From the NCBI GenBank assembly GCA_048884785.1, contig JBHLQM010000004.1:32001-96000 (forward strand): 64,000 nucleotides of DNA. Reading direction: 5' to 3'. The position numbers and the translations under genes are program-made. Under the pieces are notes generated by a model. That model saw only the letters and a list, made by a program, of their open reading frames with translations, was not told the DNA's origin and ran no database searches. This document shows, piece by piece, positions 9,495 through 19,162 of this stretch. Origin of the DNA: Candidatus Thorarchaeota archaeon (GTDB taxonomy: Archaea > Asgardarchaeota > Thorarchaeia > Thorarchaeales > Thorarchaeaceae). The stretch's first letter is position 1, and each line of letters begins with the position of its first letter.

Positions 9495-10823
9495 TTAAGC
9501 ATAGTCTTGGGTCATTTCCTGAGCACAGGCAATTCCAGACTTGGATGCAGCTTCCATAGAGGCATAATAATGGCCGCAATTGGCATATGCGCCAGCAACA
9601 TAGAGCCCTTTAACTCCGGTGCGGTTGGTCTTGAGCCTCTGAGACATTATTCCAGGTGGTTGTGAGAGCACGGACCTCCAAATCTTCCAGCTCTTCTTCC
9701 AAGTTATCTTTTCTTCAATTCCTGGAATCAGAGTCTTTAGCTCATTCAGGATTTCACGTGTTGCCTCACTATCATCCATCTTTAGTAGATCTTCATCAAT
9801 TGACGTCACAGTAAGTAGTGATTCTCCAATCGGTGCCAAGACCCCTGAAACACGTTTCGCTTCAGCCATTATGTGGATTTTCTTTCCAGGAATAAAGCCG
9901 CCCACATTGAAGTCAAGCACACGTGAGGAAAGACCAAAGTATGCCACAATGGACGGGCGGTACGAAAACTTCCTGACTGCAGATGTGAAGTCACTCGGAA
10001 GCTTGTTCATTTCAACAAAATTCGGAAGCAGATCAATGGGGGTCGTGACAACAACTGCATCGGCATCAACAGTATAGTCTTTACCTTCTTGTTCATACTC
10101 AAGCCCCACAACTTTCCCATCGTCTATGATAACCTGCTTTACTGCACAGTTAACTTTTGGTTCAATGGCGAAATTTCGAGCCTGAAGCATTAGTGTATAT
10201 GGAACACTTCCCAATCCACCTCTTTCAGGATACATTGCTTGAAATCCATCTTCGTAGGCAAACCTCAGTTGCTCCGAGTATAGGTATTGACCAGCAGAAA
10301 CTTGGTCGGGCTTCATGAAAGTGACAGTTCTAATAAGCGGGTCATAGAAATTCTCTTGTATGGACTCTGGGATATGATCCTCTGCATACTCTGAAAATGT
10401 CATCTTATCCAACTCCAAGAAATTCTCCTGAGTTCGTTTGAGGTTTTCCTGAACCAGCCGTCCCAGTGTGACACGTTCAGTTGGTCCTACAAGCCCAAAT
10501 TTGGCAAGATCAACGACCGATTTCCGTATCATATGTTTCTCGCCAGCCTTTAGCCACACTGCTCCTTCTCCTACGACCGTCATGCGGACTCCGCTGCGCT
10601 CAAGTATCGGTATAAGAGACTTGAAACCACCTACAAAGAAGTGAAGTCCTTGGTCAAAGACATACCCCGATTCTGTAAAAGATCTGGCACGACCCCCTAC
10701 AGTCGGTTCCTTCTCAAGGATTGTACATCTGGCTTTCAGCCCTTTTAGCTCAAGTGCACAGCTAAATCCAGCGATGCCTGCTCCTACGATTACAACCCTT
10801 GGTGCCTTTCTTGTGTCGCTCAT
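9495..10823 (-). CDS. FAD-dependent oxidoreductase, amino-oxidase superfamily (HpnE / phytoene or zeta-carotene desaturase-like)
   Basis: VGAGIAG, LEKEPTVGGRARS, FDQGLHFFVG and the C-terminal LYVAGAY...ASMEAASKSG. Confidence 0.82.
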   Translation of the reverse strand: MSDTRKAPRVVIVGAGIAGFSCALELKGLKARCTILEKEPTVGGRARSFTESGYVFDQGLHFFVGGFKSLIPILERSGVRMTVVGEGAVWLKAGEKHMIRKSVVDLAKFGLVGPTERVTLGRLVQENLKRTQENFLELDKMTFSEYAEDHIPESIQENFYDPLIRTVTFMKPDQVSAGQYLYSEQLRFAYEDGFQAMYPERGGLGSVPYTLMLQARNFAIEPKVNCAVKQVIIDDGKVVGLEYEQEGKDYTVDADAVVVTTPIDLLPNFVEMNKLPSDFTSAVRKFSYRPSIVAYFGLSSRVLDFNVGGFIPGKKIHIMAEAKRVSGVLAPIGESLLTVTSIDEDLLKMDDSEATREILNELKTLIPGIEEKITWKKSWKIWRSVLSQPPGIMSQRLKTNRTGVKGLYVAGAYANCGHYYASMEAASKSGIACAQEMTQDYA

Positions 10824-10855
10824 TGATGTTTCCTCGGTTTATTTCATTACTATAT

Positions 10856-11980
10856 TCACTCGCCGACTAATGACGATTGCGCAAGGTCAAGAATCAATTC
10901 GTCGAGTTGAATTACTTCCAGATTCGTATCCCGTGCACAATAGCTGAGATTCTTGAAACAGGATATGCATGTGGTTATAATTCCATCCACTCCTATCTCA
11001 ACAGCTTCAGCCACTCTGTTCTTTCCAATTGACTCTGCAAGATCTGGGTCTATTACACTCACAAAACCCCCGCAACAATTTGAGTTCTCTCGATTGTTTG
11101 GGAGTTCTGTAAATTCAAGCCCAGGAATCGCGTTGATAATGGTTCTAGGTGGCTCATAAATACCCAACGCTCTACCAAGATGGCAAGAATCGTGGAATGT
11201 GTATGACCCCTCTTTTCCTTTAAAGGTAAGTACACCATTGTTTACCATATCTGCAAGAACTTCCACAGTATGATGGATTTTGATGTCAAAATTCTCTATC
11301 ACATGAGGATAATGTTCAGCAAGAGTCCCAAAGCATCCACCACATCCAGTAATTATGTGATCAACTCCTGCTTTCTTGAACATTGAATAGTTCTTTCTGA
11401 TGATGGATTCAAATCCCTCATCATCTCCCGCCCAGTAGTTCATGAGACCACAGCATACTTCGCTGGGAACGTATCCAACATTGACCTTGAGTTTCTGCAT
11501 CATATCTACAACCATCTCAGGTTGATCTGGATACCAGAATGAACCCATGCATCCTGAGAATATTGCCGTGTTGGATTCGGGAGGAAGCTCGAGGTCTTCA
11601 GCCCACACTGTCCTTTCATCTGCCTCAAACCCAACGAAGGGCGTTCCTTCTTTTTTCAGCCATTCGAGCACCTTCATTAGCCCCTCTGATAAGGACCCGC
11701 CTGTTCCTAGAAGATTAGCTTTTGCATCATGCCAAATTGTCGTAACCGGAACTCCAGCAGGACAAATCGCTTCACACCGCCGGCAATCCGCGCAATAGAG
11801 TCTGTTTAAGAGTTCCTGAGGCGGCTTCCTCATCTTCTCAGCATATGCCCTAAGAGCTCTGATCTTCCCTCCAGGACTATCAAGTTCAGAACCAAGTTGC
11901 TTGTACATGGGACAGAAGTCCCGACAGTAATTACATGAGCCACAATGTCTTAGTACATCGGTCTTGAGGTCTACCTTCAT
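10856..11980 (-). CDS. (Fe-S)-binding CCG protein, GlcF/HdrD family, paralog 3
   Basis: CGSCNYCRDFCP, CADCRRCEAICP, CCG...CGGC, HDSC...CCGG...CISC. Confidence 0.92.
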   Translation of the reverse strand: MKVDLKTDVLRHCGSCNYCRDFCPMYKQLGSELDSPGGKIRALRAYAEKMRKPPQELLNRLYCADCRRCEAICPAGVPVTTIWHDAKANLLGTGGSLSEGLMKVLEWLKKEGTPFVGFEADERTVWAEDLELPPESNTAIFSGCMGSFWYPDQPEMVVDMMQKLKVNVGYVPSEVCCGLMNYWAGDDEGFESIIRKNYSMFKKAGVDHIITGCGGCFGTLAEHYPHVIENFDIKIHHTVEVLADMVNNGVLTFKGKEGSYTFHDSCHLGRALGIYEPPRTIINAIPGLEFTELPNNRENSNCCGGFVSVIDPDLAESIGKNRVAEAVEIGVDGIITTCISCFKNLSYCARDTNLEVIQLDELILDLAQSSLVGE

Positions 11981-11986
11981 TTATTT

Positions 11987-13501
11987 TCACCTCGCTACAA
12001 ACTTGCCAAGCCGCCTGAAGGCAGCAGCAAGAACAAACAGAACGTTCATCCTTCCATATGATGTCATGCAGGTGGTTATTCTGTCTGGATTCATAATGTT
12101 TCTCGCGTCCAGAGACGCCTTTCTTTCCTTCATCACGGATTGTCTCTCTGGATATGCCCGTTTCATGTATATTGAATTCTGAAGACCTATGGTATAAGGT
12201 CCTCCTCCTCGTTTGATCGCCCTTTTCATCATTTTATGCAGGATTCCTTTGCTTGAAATGAATTCAAGATATTTGTCAGGATTCAGCATTGCCATAAGTT
12301 CAAGTCGCATCATGCTTGATGTACCAAGCATCCCAAACCATATAGCTGGTACCTTGTGTGTCTTCTTGGTCTTTTCATAGGCTTTCAGGAGGTCGTAGAC
12401 ATGTTCAACACTCACCCAGAGTTCCTGAAACATCAGAGTATGGCAATGCTCCTTTGGATTGAACTCACAATCAAAACGTAGGTCCCATTCCTTCGCTGAA
12501 TACTCGTTTCCGAGGAATGTCCCTCCGCTTTCAGAGACGATTTGTTCGATCTCACTGAGAGGTGCCTTGGAGCTGTTCTCTACATATGAAACCGTTAGAA
12601 CATATCTTCCCTTCTCGAGTGGATTGCTGAAGCTCTGGAAAGGTTGGTCTGCTATCTTGAGATACAGTGGTTTTTGAGTAGTTCCTGAAATACCCCTCAT
12701 GGCGTTACATACATGCTCCAGGTAGGCAAAGCCATAACTCAGGGTGTTGATTCTTGGTGCCAATGGTCGTATCCTAAGCGTTGCTTCAACGATTACGCCC
12801 AAAATACCATACGAAGCATTGTAGATATCGATATCTTCCCCCTCTATTATCGAGATGGATCCGTCAGGCAAAACAACCTTTAGTTGAATGATATTGTCCT
12901 TGAGAGTGCCATATAACGGGGTTCCGATTCCGGCCTTTCCTCCGCACCCGATCCAGCCGCCAACTACGGCTGACTTTGCACTCGAAGGATATATCCCTAG
13001 TTCAAAATTTTGCTTTGCCAATGCTTCGTCAAGAGCAGTGAATGTGACTCCTGGCTCAATAGTGACGGTTCCTTCCTTTGGATTTATTTCAAGAATCCTA
13101 TTCATCCTCTTCAAATCCAAGGAGATTCCTCCCCTTGATGGGCTTGAGGAACCCAGACAACTGGAGGCGCCTCCCCGCGGGATTACTGGAATCTTATGCG
13201 CACTGGCAATTTCTATGATTTCTCTCACATGGTCTGTTGTTTCAACTCGTACTACATAATCTGCTAGATACCTCAACTTCCATCGGTAATGGAACTGTGG
13301 AAGAGCTGCTGGATCTCCACTATAGACAATTCTCTCTAGCTCCATATCTGAGGCGTTTGTGAAACCCACAACACCAGCTAGTTTCTTGAGAATCAGCTCT
13401 TTCTCTGATACTTTGCTGGTCGGAACATCAATGAGTTGCTCTTGGGCCTGTGTTTGTTGAGTTGTACTTTCGTTTTCTTCAGCCATTTTATCACATCCCA
13501 A
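11987..13501 (-). CDS. FAD-binding oxidoreductase (VAO/PCMH), paralog 3, without the long TM tail
   Basis: PRGGASSCLG, PSSAKSAVVGGW, YGILGVIVEA and DARNIMNPDR. Confidence 0.9.
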   Translation of the reverse strand: MGCDKMAEENESTTQQTQAQEQLIDVPTSKVSEKELILKKLAGVVGFTNASDMELERIVYSGDPAALPQFHYRWKLRYLADYVVRVETTDHVREIIEIASAHKIPVIPRGGASSCLGSSSPSRGGISLDLKRMNRILEINPKEGTVTIEPGVTFTALDEALAKQNFELGIYPSSAKSAVVGGWIGCGGKAGIGTPLYGTLKDNIIQLKVVLPDGSISIIEGEDIDIYNASYGILGVIVEATLRIRPLAPRINTLSYGFAYLEHVCNAMRGISGTTQKPLYLKIADQPFQSFSNPLEKGRYVLTVSYVENSSKAPLSEIEQIVSESGGTFLGNEYSAKEWDLRFDCEFNPKEHCHTLMFQELWVSVEHVYDLLKAYEKTKKTHKVPAIWFGMLGTSSMMRLELMAMLNPDKYLEFISSKGILHKMMKRAIKRGGGPYTIGLQNSIYMKRAYPERQSVMKERKASLDARNIMNPDRITTCMTSYGRMNVLFVLAAAFRRLGKFVAR

Positions 13502-14729
13502 AGAAGATACCCAGGAACATACCCGTCATTCCCAAAATTGTCCACAAAACCACGGCAGGCAATCCAAGATTGCATGTTTTCCAGCCTGCTATATGAGTGA
13601 GAAAGGCCAACGTACCCAAAATCATACTCACTATTCCAAGCCAAATATGCCAGGAATGAATAAACAATGTCAGATTGGCTACACTGATCAGATATGCAGG
13701 ATTCATGGCGGTCCATGTTGAGGGATCTTCTTGGAAAAGCCAAATGACGTTGATGCTTGTCAGGATATAGGCTATACTGAGCATTATTCCATGCATTCGT
13801 GTGAATCGTTCTTCATCGTAATATTCCAGAGCCGTACCAATATAGGCAATAACCAACGCAGGTCCTCCAAGAAGCCAGCCATAATGCATTTGTGGTAGCG
13901 GTTCAGGTGGGAAATTGCCAACAATGTATTCTTCTTCCCAAGAAACGGATTCAACTCCATCTGTGTCAATTGCTACAATTCTAAAAACGATGTAAGTATA
14001 CAATGGAAATTCGGGAATTGTACCAACATAGTATCCATTACTTAGAGTCATCGATTGATTTGTCCATGTCGATCTATTATCAGTGCTATACTGCAGTTTG
14101 ACCTCACTGATGCCAACCTCGGAGGTTACATTTGTTCGGACTGCGACTGACTCGGTATCAAGAGGAATCAATGGTGTAGCATTGATTAACAGGATTGCAG
14201 GTCCTGCTCCTGGAGGTGGAAGAACAGTTACAGCAATTTGGATACTTATTCCATTAGGTATACCCTGCACCCCAAAAGCCTGAAGTGTATAGGACCCGGG
14301 AGAGGTTGGGGCTGTAATTGTATAATTGACTTCTACTTGGTCAGTATCGGCATCCATATCTGCCGCATCTCCATCATTAACTGTACCCTCAGATCCGAGC
14401 GAACCATAGGTGAACTCGGCATTATCCCCAACTGCTGAGGGAAACTTCAGGGTGAGAGCATTCTCTCCTGTCACACCAACGACTTGAATAACAATGCTAA
14501 AGCTTGCCTCAGTTTCTACGCTTATTGCAGTGGTGGATGCAGAAACACTCATCCCTGATGAGCTATCATGACAAGGGGATGCAGTGCATGCATCGTTTCG
14601 ACTAGGGTATGCCAAAGCTGAACCCGCAAGTAGAACCAAAACAAGAGTAATCGAAGTAATAAGAATTCCATATCGGACTTGCTTCTTCACATTTTTCACC
14701 CGGTTTATGTGGAGACTGTTTGCCAACAA
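13491..14729 (-). CDS. exported CX4CH domain + Ig-like domain + cytochrome b561-like 4-TM domain fusion
   Basis: Signal peptide ends ALA-YP, followed by CTASPCH. The N-domain is paralogous to 5742-6344. The C-terminal TMs carry MHYG, MHG and HSWHIWLG. The start codon is uncertain. Confidence 0.7.
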   Translation of the reverse strand: MLANSLHINRVKNVKKQVRYGILITSITLVLVLLAGSALAYPSRNDACTASPCHDSSSGMSVSASTTAISVETEASFSIVIQVVGVTGENALTLKFPSAVGDNAEFTYGSLGSEGTVNDGDAADMDADTDQVEVNYTITAPTSPGSYTLQAFGVQGIPNGISIQIAVTVLPPPGAGPAILLINATPLIPLDTESVAVRTNVTSEVGISEVKLQYSTDNRSTWTNQSMTLSNGYYVGTIPEFPLYTYIVFRIVAIDTDGVESVSWEEEYIVGNFPPEPLPQMHYGWLLGGPALVIAYIGTALEYYDEERFTRMHGIMLSIAYILTSINVIWLFQEDPSTWTAMNPAYLISVANLTLFIHSWHIWLGIVSMILGTLAFLTHIAGWKTCNLGLPAVVLWTILGMTGMFLGIFFGM

Positions 14730-14936
14730 GTTTCGTTTCGTGCATATGGGCTATAAATCCTTACTGTTTTGTAGAAGCGTTCTAAGCAGGCAAAACCAAT
14801 AAATTACGAATTCTTCTTTAAACTTAGATTCATGTTCCAAATAGTAACTAAGAGAATTAAGGCTACAAAGTTTCGAAAGACGAATCCAACAACAGAAAGG
14901 CTTCCAGAAACTCAGCATCTAAATCCGTCTTTTCAA

Positions 14937-16418
14937 TCAAGACACTATAATATCAGGAAACATGGAAACTGCCAGATCATTGAGATACTTCATGCTTGGA
15001 GCCTTAGCCGTTTCTTGCACCTGTCGCAGCAACATATGCATATCATCAAACCGTCCCTGTTTCCTGCGAAGCTCAGCCTTTAATAGCAGGGCACGAGCCG
15101 CAATGCCGGGGAAGTCATTCTTCTCGGCATGCTCAATCAATTTTGCCATCCAAGGACCCGACAGATCTGTGCCTTTTTTCATAGACTTATCTGTGAGCAT
15201 TTTGATCTCAATCTCTGTGAGGTTGAGGAGGCAAATACTTCCGGCAACCAGCTTTAAATCGTTCTCCAGATTCTCAAACTCATCTCTGAGGACATTGAAG
15301 GCACCATCAAGATTGCCCTTTGCTTTTTCAAGAATACCTCCAACCAGATGAAGAATCTTCATTGTTCCTGAATCCCCACACCTCGCTGCAGCATTGGATG
15401 CAGCTGCAAGCTCTGCCTCAGCCTCATCATATTTACCGAGGTTGACAAAAGCCCAAGCCAACTGGACGTGCGAAGAAGCACGGTGCCGATTTGATGAGTA
15501 GAAGCTATTTTTTGCCATTTGAAGAGCTTCTTCACCTTTACCCATTTGATTATACAAATGTGCAATAACGATGTTGTAGAATTGCGGTGGGAAACCGATT
15601 TTTTCTCCGATTGCCCTAGCATCCAATTGATAATCGATTGCAGCACTTAGTTCTCCTCGAGCTTGCATGATATGGCCCAATTGGTGTTGAACTATACCTA
15701 TCATATCTCTGTATCCTAGCTTTTCGCCAAGTTCCCGAGATGAACCAAGAAGGTCAAGCGCTTGTTCTGTGTCTGTTTCCTTCACCATATTGGCAATATC
15801 GCAAAGGAGACCTGCAACCAATATCTGGTCATCGAACTCCCTTGCTATAGTAAGTGCCTGTCTGCTTCTATCCACTGCTTGCTCAAAATTCCATTCTCTA
15901 TGATGCTTCATGGCTTCTATAGCTAGAAGACCTGCTTTGAAAAATGCCAAGTCCTTATTGTTTTCTATACTATTGGTAACTGCTTCAATTGGCTTGATGT
16001 CCACATCAAACTCAGAAAAATATCGTTCAGCTTCCATTCTCCAAGTCAAATAGAGATGGCATGTTATCCAATCATTCGGAGAAGATATCAATCCTCGTTT
16101 CAAGGATTCTTTCAAGGCATCCCATTTGACTGATTCATCTCTCATAGACCTAATTAGTAGCAGTAAAGGTGACGCCAACTCAGGCACCCTACCAGCACAC
16201 TCCAGTTTATCAACTAGGATGAAGTAGCCTGTCCGGAAGGAAAAGTAAACGGCAAAATACTCCAGCAAGGGAGGCGAGGGCTGAGCACAGACTCTGTCGC
16301 ATAATTTCTCTGTGAAATCTCCAAAGTCCTCTGACTCCTCCATGACTGACTGGAGTATGGATCTTGTTTCATCATCGACATGAGGAAAGCACATGGTTAT
16401 AGTTCCGATTGGCTTCAC
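14937..16418 (-). CDS. tetratricopeptide-repeat protein
   Basis: Helical TPR-like repeats. Likely GTG start at 16418 (VKPIGTITMCF) with a GGAGG RBS. Confidence 0.8.
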   Translation of the reverse strand: MKPIGTITMCFPHVDDETRSILQSVMEESEDFGDFTEKLCDRVCAQPSPPLLEYFAVYFSFRTGYFILVDKLECAGRVPELASPLLLLIRSMRDESVKWDALKESLKRGLISSPNDWITCHLYLTWRMEAERYFSEFDVDIKPIEAVTNSIENNKDLAFFKAGLLAIEAMKHHREWNFEQAVDRSRQALTIAREFDDQILVAGLLCDIANMVKETDTEQALDLLGSSRELGEKLGYRDMIGIVQHQLGHIMQARGELSAAIDYQLDARAIGEKIGFPPQFYNIVIAHLYNQMGKGEEALQMAKNSFYSSNRHRASSHVQLAWAFVNLGKYDEAEAELAAASNAAARCGDSGTMKILHLVGGILEKAKGNLDGAFNVLRDEFENLENDLKLVAGSICLLNLTEIEIKMLTDKSMKKGTDLSGPWMAKLIEHAEKNDFPGIAARALLLKAELRRKQGRFDDMHMLLRQVQETAKAPSMKYLNDLAVSMFPDIIVS

Positions 16419-16558
16419 GCTCAGTGCCTCCAGACAATTGAAATCGATATGAGATTGCTGAAGTTCCCAATTAACCTTTTGAAGTATTTCAGGCATCATT
16501 CAAGACTGATCGCATTATAGACCTAGCTTCGTCACAAAAGGGAGAAGCTCATGTTGGT

Positions 16559-17980
16559 TCAGATTGTTTTATGCTTGATAGAAAGACGGATTACATTGGC
16601 AAGGGCCCGAGCTGCACGTTGTGGACTAGCAAATACAGGAATACCTGCCTCCTCCAGCTGGACTTGTCCAGGAGGAATTCTTCCTACTGGAGCATTCATA
16701 ATGCTGATGACAAGTTTATCACTATTCTCTGATGAGTTTATGATTTCTCTAACAGGCATTCCTCCTCCTATACCCTCTTGAAAATTAGGAGCAAACACAG
16801 TGACTATTGTATCAAAGGTGTCATCATTCATTAGGATTTCAAATGCGCTGGCGAAGACTTTTGGTTCTGCCCATGCCTTTGCGAGTAGATCTACAGGGTT
16901 CTTAATTTCCATTTCAATTGGCATATCAAGAACAGCATCAATTTTTCGCTGAGTCTCCTGAGGTGGCATCGGAAGAATTGCACCTTTTTCCTCCAGAGTC
17001 TGAGCGACAATCAACGCCAAACCTAACGTATGCGTTATAATTCCAACCCGTTTACTTTGTGCTCTTTTTGAGGTCATCGATAGAATCTTCGCCGTGTCCA
17101 TCATATCTTGAATGCTATCTACTTCCAGGCCACCTGCTTGCTTCACGGCTGCGGAATATATCTCTGGCTGGCCTGCAAGGCTCCCTGTATGGCTTAGAGC
17201 AGCCTGACGAGAAACAGGAGTCTTTCCAACTTTAAAAACCAATACTGGCTTCTTCGGGGTAGTAAGCAGCATTTCTTGATACATTTCTCTTCCCAGTTCA
17301 GTTCCTTCAATGAACAGGCAAATCACGCTAGTTTCTGAATCATCTCGGAAAAATTGGAGCAGATCATGAAAATCAATGTTCACTCGATTGCCTACACTAA
17401 CGAATTTCGAAATTCCGAGGTTGGAATCCACTGCGCTGTATAGCATTGAGCCGCATACTCCGCCGCTCTGACTAACGATTGCGGTTCTTCCTTTCTGAAC
17501 GGGAATTGGATGAGGAAAGAATGTTGCATTAAGATTCAAATTGATGTTCCCTGCTCCAAGGCAATTGGGGCCAACAACAGCTATCTTTGCATCATCAACA
17601 ATCTGCTTAATGCGCTGTTGTTCCTTTTCTCCCTCAGGTCCAAGCTCCTTATACCCAGCTGCGAAGATTATTACCGAAGGCACATTTGCCTGTGCAGCAT
17701 CAAGCAGAGCTTGTGGTACGAATACTTCTCTCACACAGATTAACGCCAAGTCTATCTGAACTGGAATCGCAGTTATGCTAGCGTAGCATTGTGCATTTCC
17801 AATTTTAGATATTCTTGGATTGACTGGAAAGGTATTGCCTTCAAATCCCCGAAGGGCCAATAGAGCGAGGGCTCCCAGTCGCTCGGGCTTATCAGATGCT
17901 CCAACAACTGCAATGTTTCTTGGATTGAAAAGATGATGGAGTGAGTCAATTTTCCAATTCACTGATTTGTGCCTCCGCAA
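16559..17980 (-). CDS. acyl/acetate-CoA ligase (ADP-forming) alpha subunit
   Basis: IAVVGAS CoA-binding domain, GPNCLG, SQSGG, SVGNRVNI, phospho-His motif SHTGSLAG and NPVDL. There is no ATP-grasp domain. Confidence 0.88.
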   Translation of the reverse strand: MRRHKSVNWKIDSLHHLFNPRNIAVVGASDKPERLGALALLALRGFEGNTFPVNPRISKIGNAQCYASITAIPVQIDLALICVREVFVPQALLDAAQANVPSVIIFAAGYKELGPEGEKEQQRIKQIVDDAKIAVVGPNCLGAGNINLNLNATFFPHPIPVQKGRTAIVSQSGGVCGSMLYSAVDSNLGISKFVSVGNRVNIDFHDLLQFFRDDSETSVICLFIEGTELGREMYQEMLLTTPKKPVLVFKVGKTPVSRQAALSHTGSLAGQPEIYSAAVKQAGGLEVDSIQDMMDTAKILSMTSKRAQSKRVGIITHTLGLALIVAQTLEEKGAILPMPPQETQRKIDAVLDMPIEMEIKNPVDLLAKAWAEPKVFASAFEILMNDDTFDTIVTVFAPNFQEGIGGGMPVREIINSSENSDKLVISIMNAPVGRIPPGQVQLEEAGIPVFASPQRAARALANVIRLSIKHKTI

Positions 17981-18021
17981 TCACTGCAAGAAGCTAATTC
18001 TTCAATTGCTATGTTTCTCCA

Positions 18022-19110
18022 CTATCCCTTGTATTCTTTTAGAGCCTTTTGAAGCATTTTTAGTCCATGAATGAGCTCTTCTTTCTCGCCGCCATATCCT
18101 AAACGGAAATGCTCATCCATCTCAAGACCATAGCCTGGAACTACAAAGGTTCTATATTTCTGAACCAGAAGCTCGCAAAGCCTTCGTGTAGAGCCACCGG
18201 TCTTGAATCTTGGAGCCGCGACCACTCCTCCCTCAGGCTCAATCCATTCAAGCCAATCTTGGTTATTCATCCAGTCCTTCAAGATAGCATAGTTTTCAAA
18301 CATTCTCTTCCTGATAGGTTTAATCAGCTTTTCTCGTTTCTTCAGCACCTCTAATGAGATCGCCTCACCGAGTGATGAGTTGCAGATGGTCATTTGTTCC
18401 CGAACAGCTCTGATCCCTTCAACTATTGGCAAATCTGCAACTGCCCATCCTATTCGTATTCCAGGAAGACCATATACTTTAGACATACTGGTTAGACTTA
18501 TTGCATTCTTGCTTAGAGTAGCTGCTAGCGGAGGCGGTTGACCGAAAGTGAGATCGCGGTAGGTCTCGTCCACCATGAGATAGAAATCATTTGATTCCGC
18601 TATTTCTATCGCCTGTAGAAGTGTTTCTTCGTCGATTTGGGATCCGGTAGGATTGTTTGGATGAGTAAGTGTAACTAGTCGAGTGTTAGGCTTCACCATC
18701 TTTTGTAGTTCCTTCAAATCCGGCTTGAAACGGTCTTCCCACTTAAGACGCAGAAGAGAGTGGTTTCTTCCTAGAGACCTTGGAACCTCATATAAAGAGG
18801 GATAAGTTGGGTGTTCAATAATCATGTGATCGTCAGGTCCTACAAGATGTGCAATGATGCAGAAGTTTGCTTCACTTGCGCCAGTGGTCACTGCAACATT
18901 TTCTCCTGAAAGACTCTGGTACTGAGCTGCAATCAAGCTTCTCAGCTTCGGGTGACCGAGATGATATCCATACCGAAGTTCCACTTCATTCAGGTCAATG
19001 TTTAGGTCCTTGACTGAGAGATACTTGACACCACTTTCACCAATGTCATAATCAACCTCGAATTGGTATGAATCGAACCAATCTTCAAGGGGCATTCTCT
19101 TGAAAACCAT
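18022..19110 (-). CDS. PLP-dependent aminotransferase class I/II
   Basis: HPNNPTG, DETY and SMSKVYGLPGIRIGW. Confidence 0.92.
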   Translation of the reverse strand: MVFKRMPLEDWFDSYQFEVDYDIGESGVKYLSVKDLNIDLNEVELRYGYHLGHPKLRSLIAAQYQSLSGENVAVTTGASEANFCIIAHLVGPDDHMIIEHPTYPSLYEVPRSLGRNHSLLRLKWEDRFKPDLKELQKMVKPNTRLVTLTHPNNPTGSQIDEETLLQAIEIAESNDFYLMVDETYRDLTFGQPPPLAATLSKNAISLTSMSKVYGLPGIRIGWAVADLPIVEGIRAVREQMTICNSSLGEAISLEVLKKREKLIKPIRKRMFENYAILKDWMNNQDWLEWIEPEGGVVAAPRFKTGGSTRRLCELLVQKYRTFVVPGYGLEMDEHFRLGYGGEKEELIHGLKMLQKALKEYKG

Positions 19111-19162
19111 TATGAGGCCTCAAATTCTCCTCTACTGCGGACTAGGATATATAGATTGGCCC

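Noticed and set aside
2299-13501. Naming the pairs glcD/glcF or hdrD
   Set aside because: The fold families match, but the GlcD active-site motifs are absent and no other hdr subunits are present, so I withheld gene symbols.
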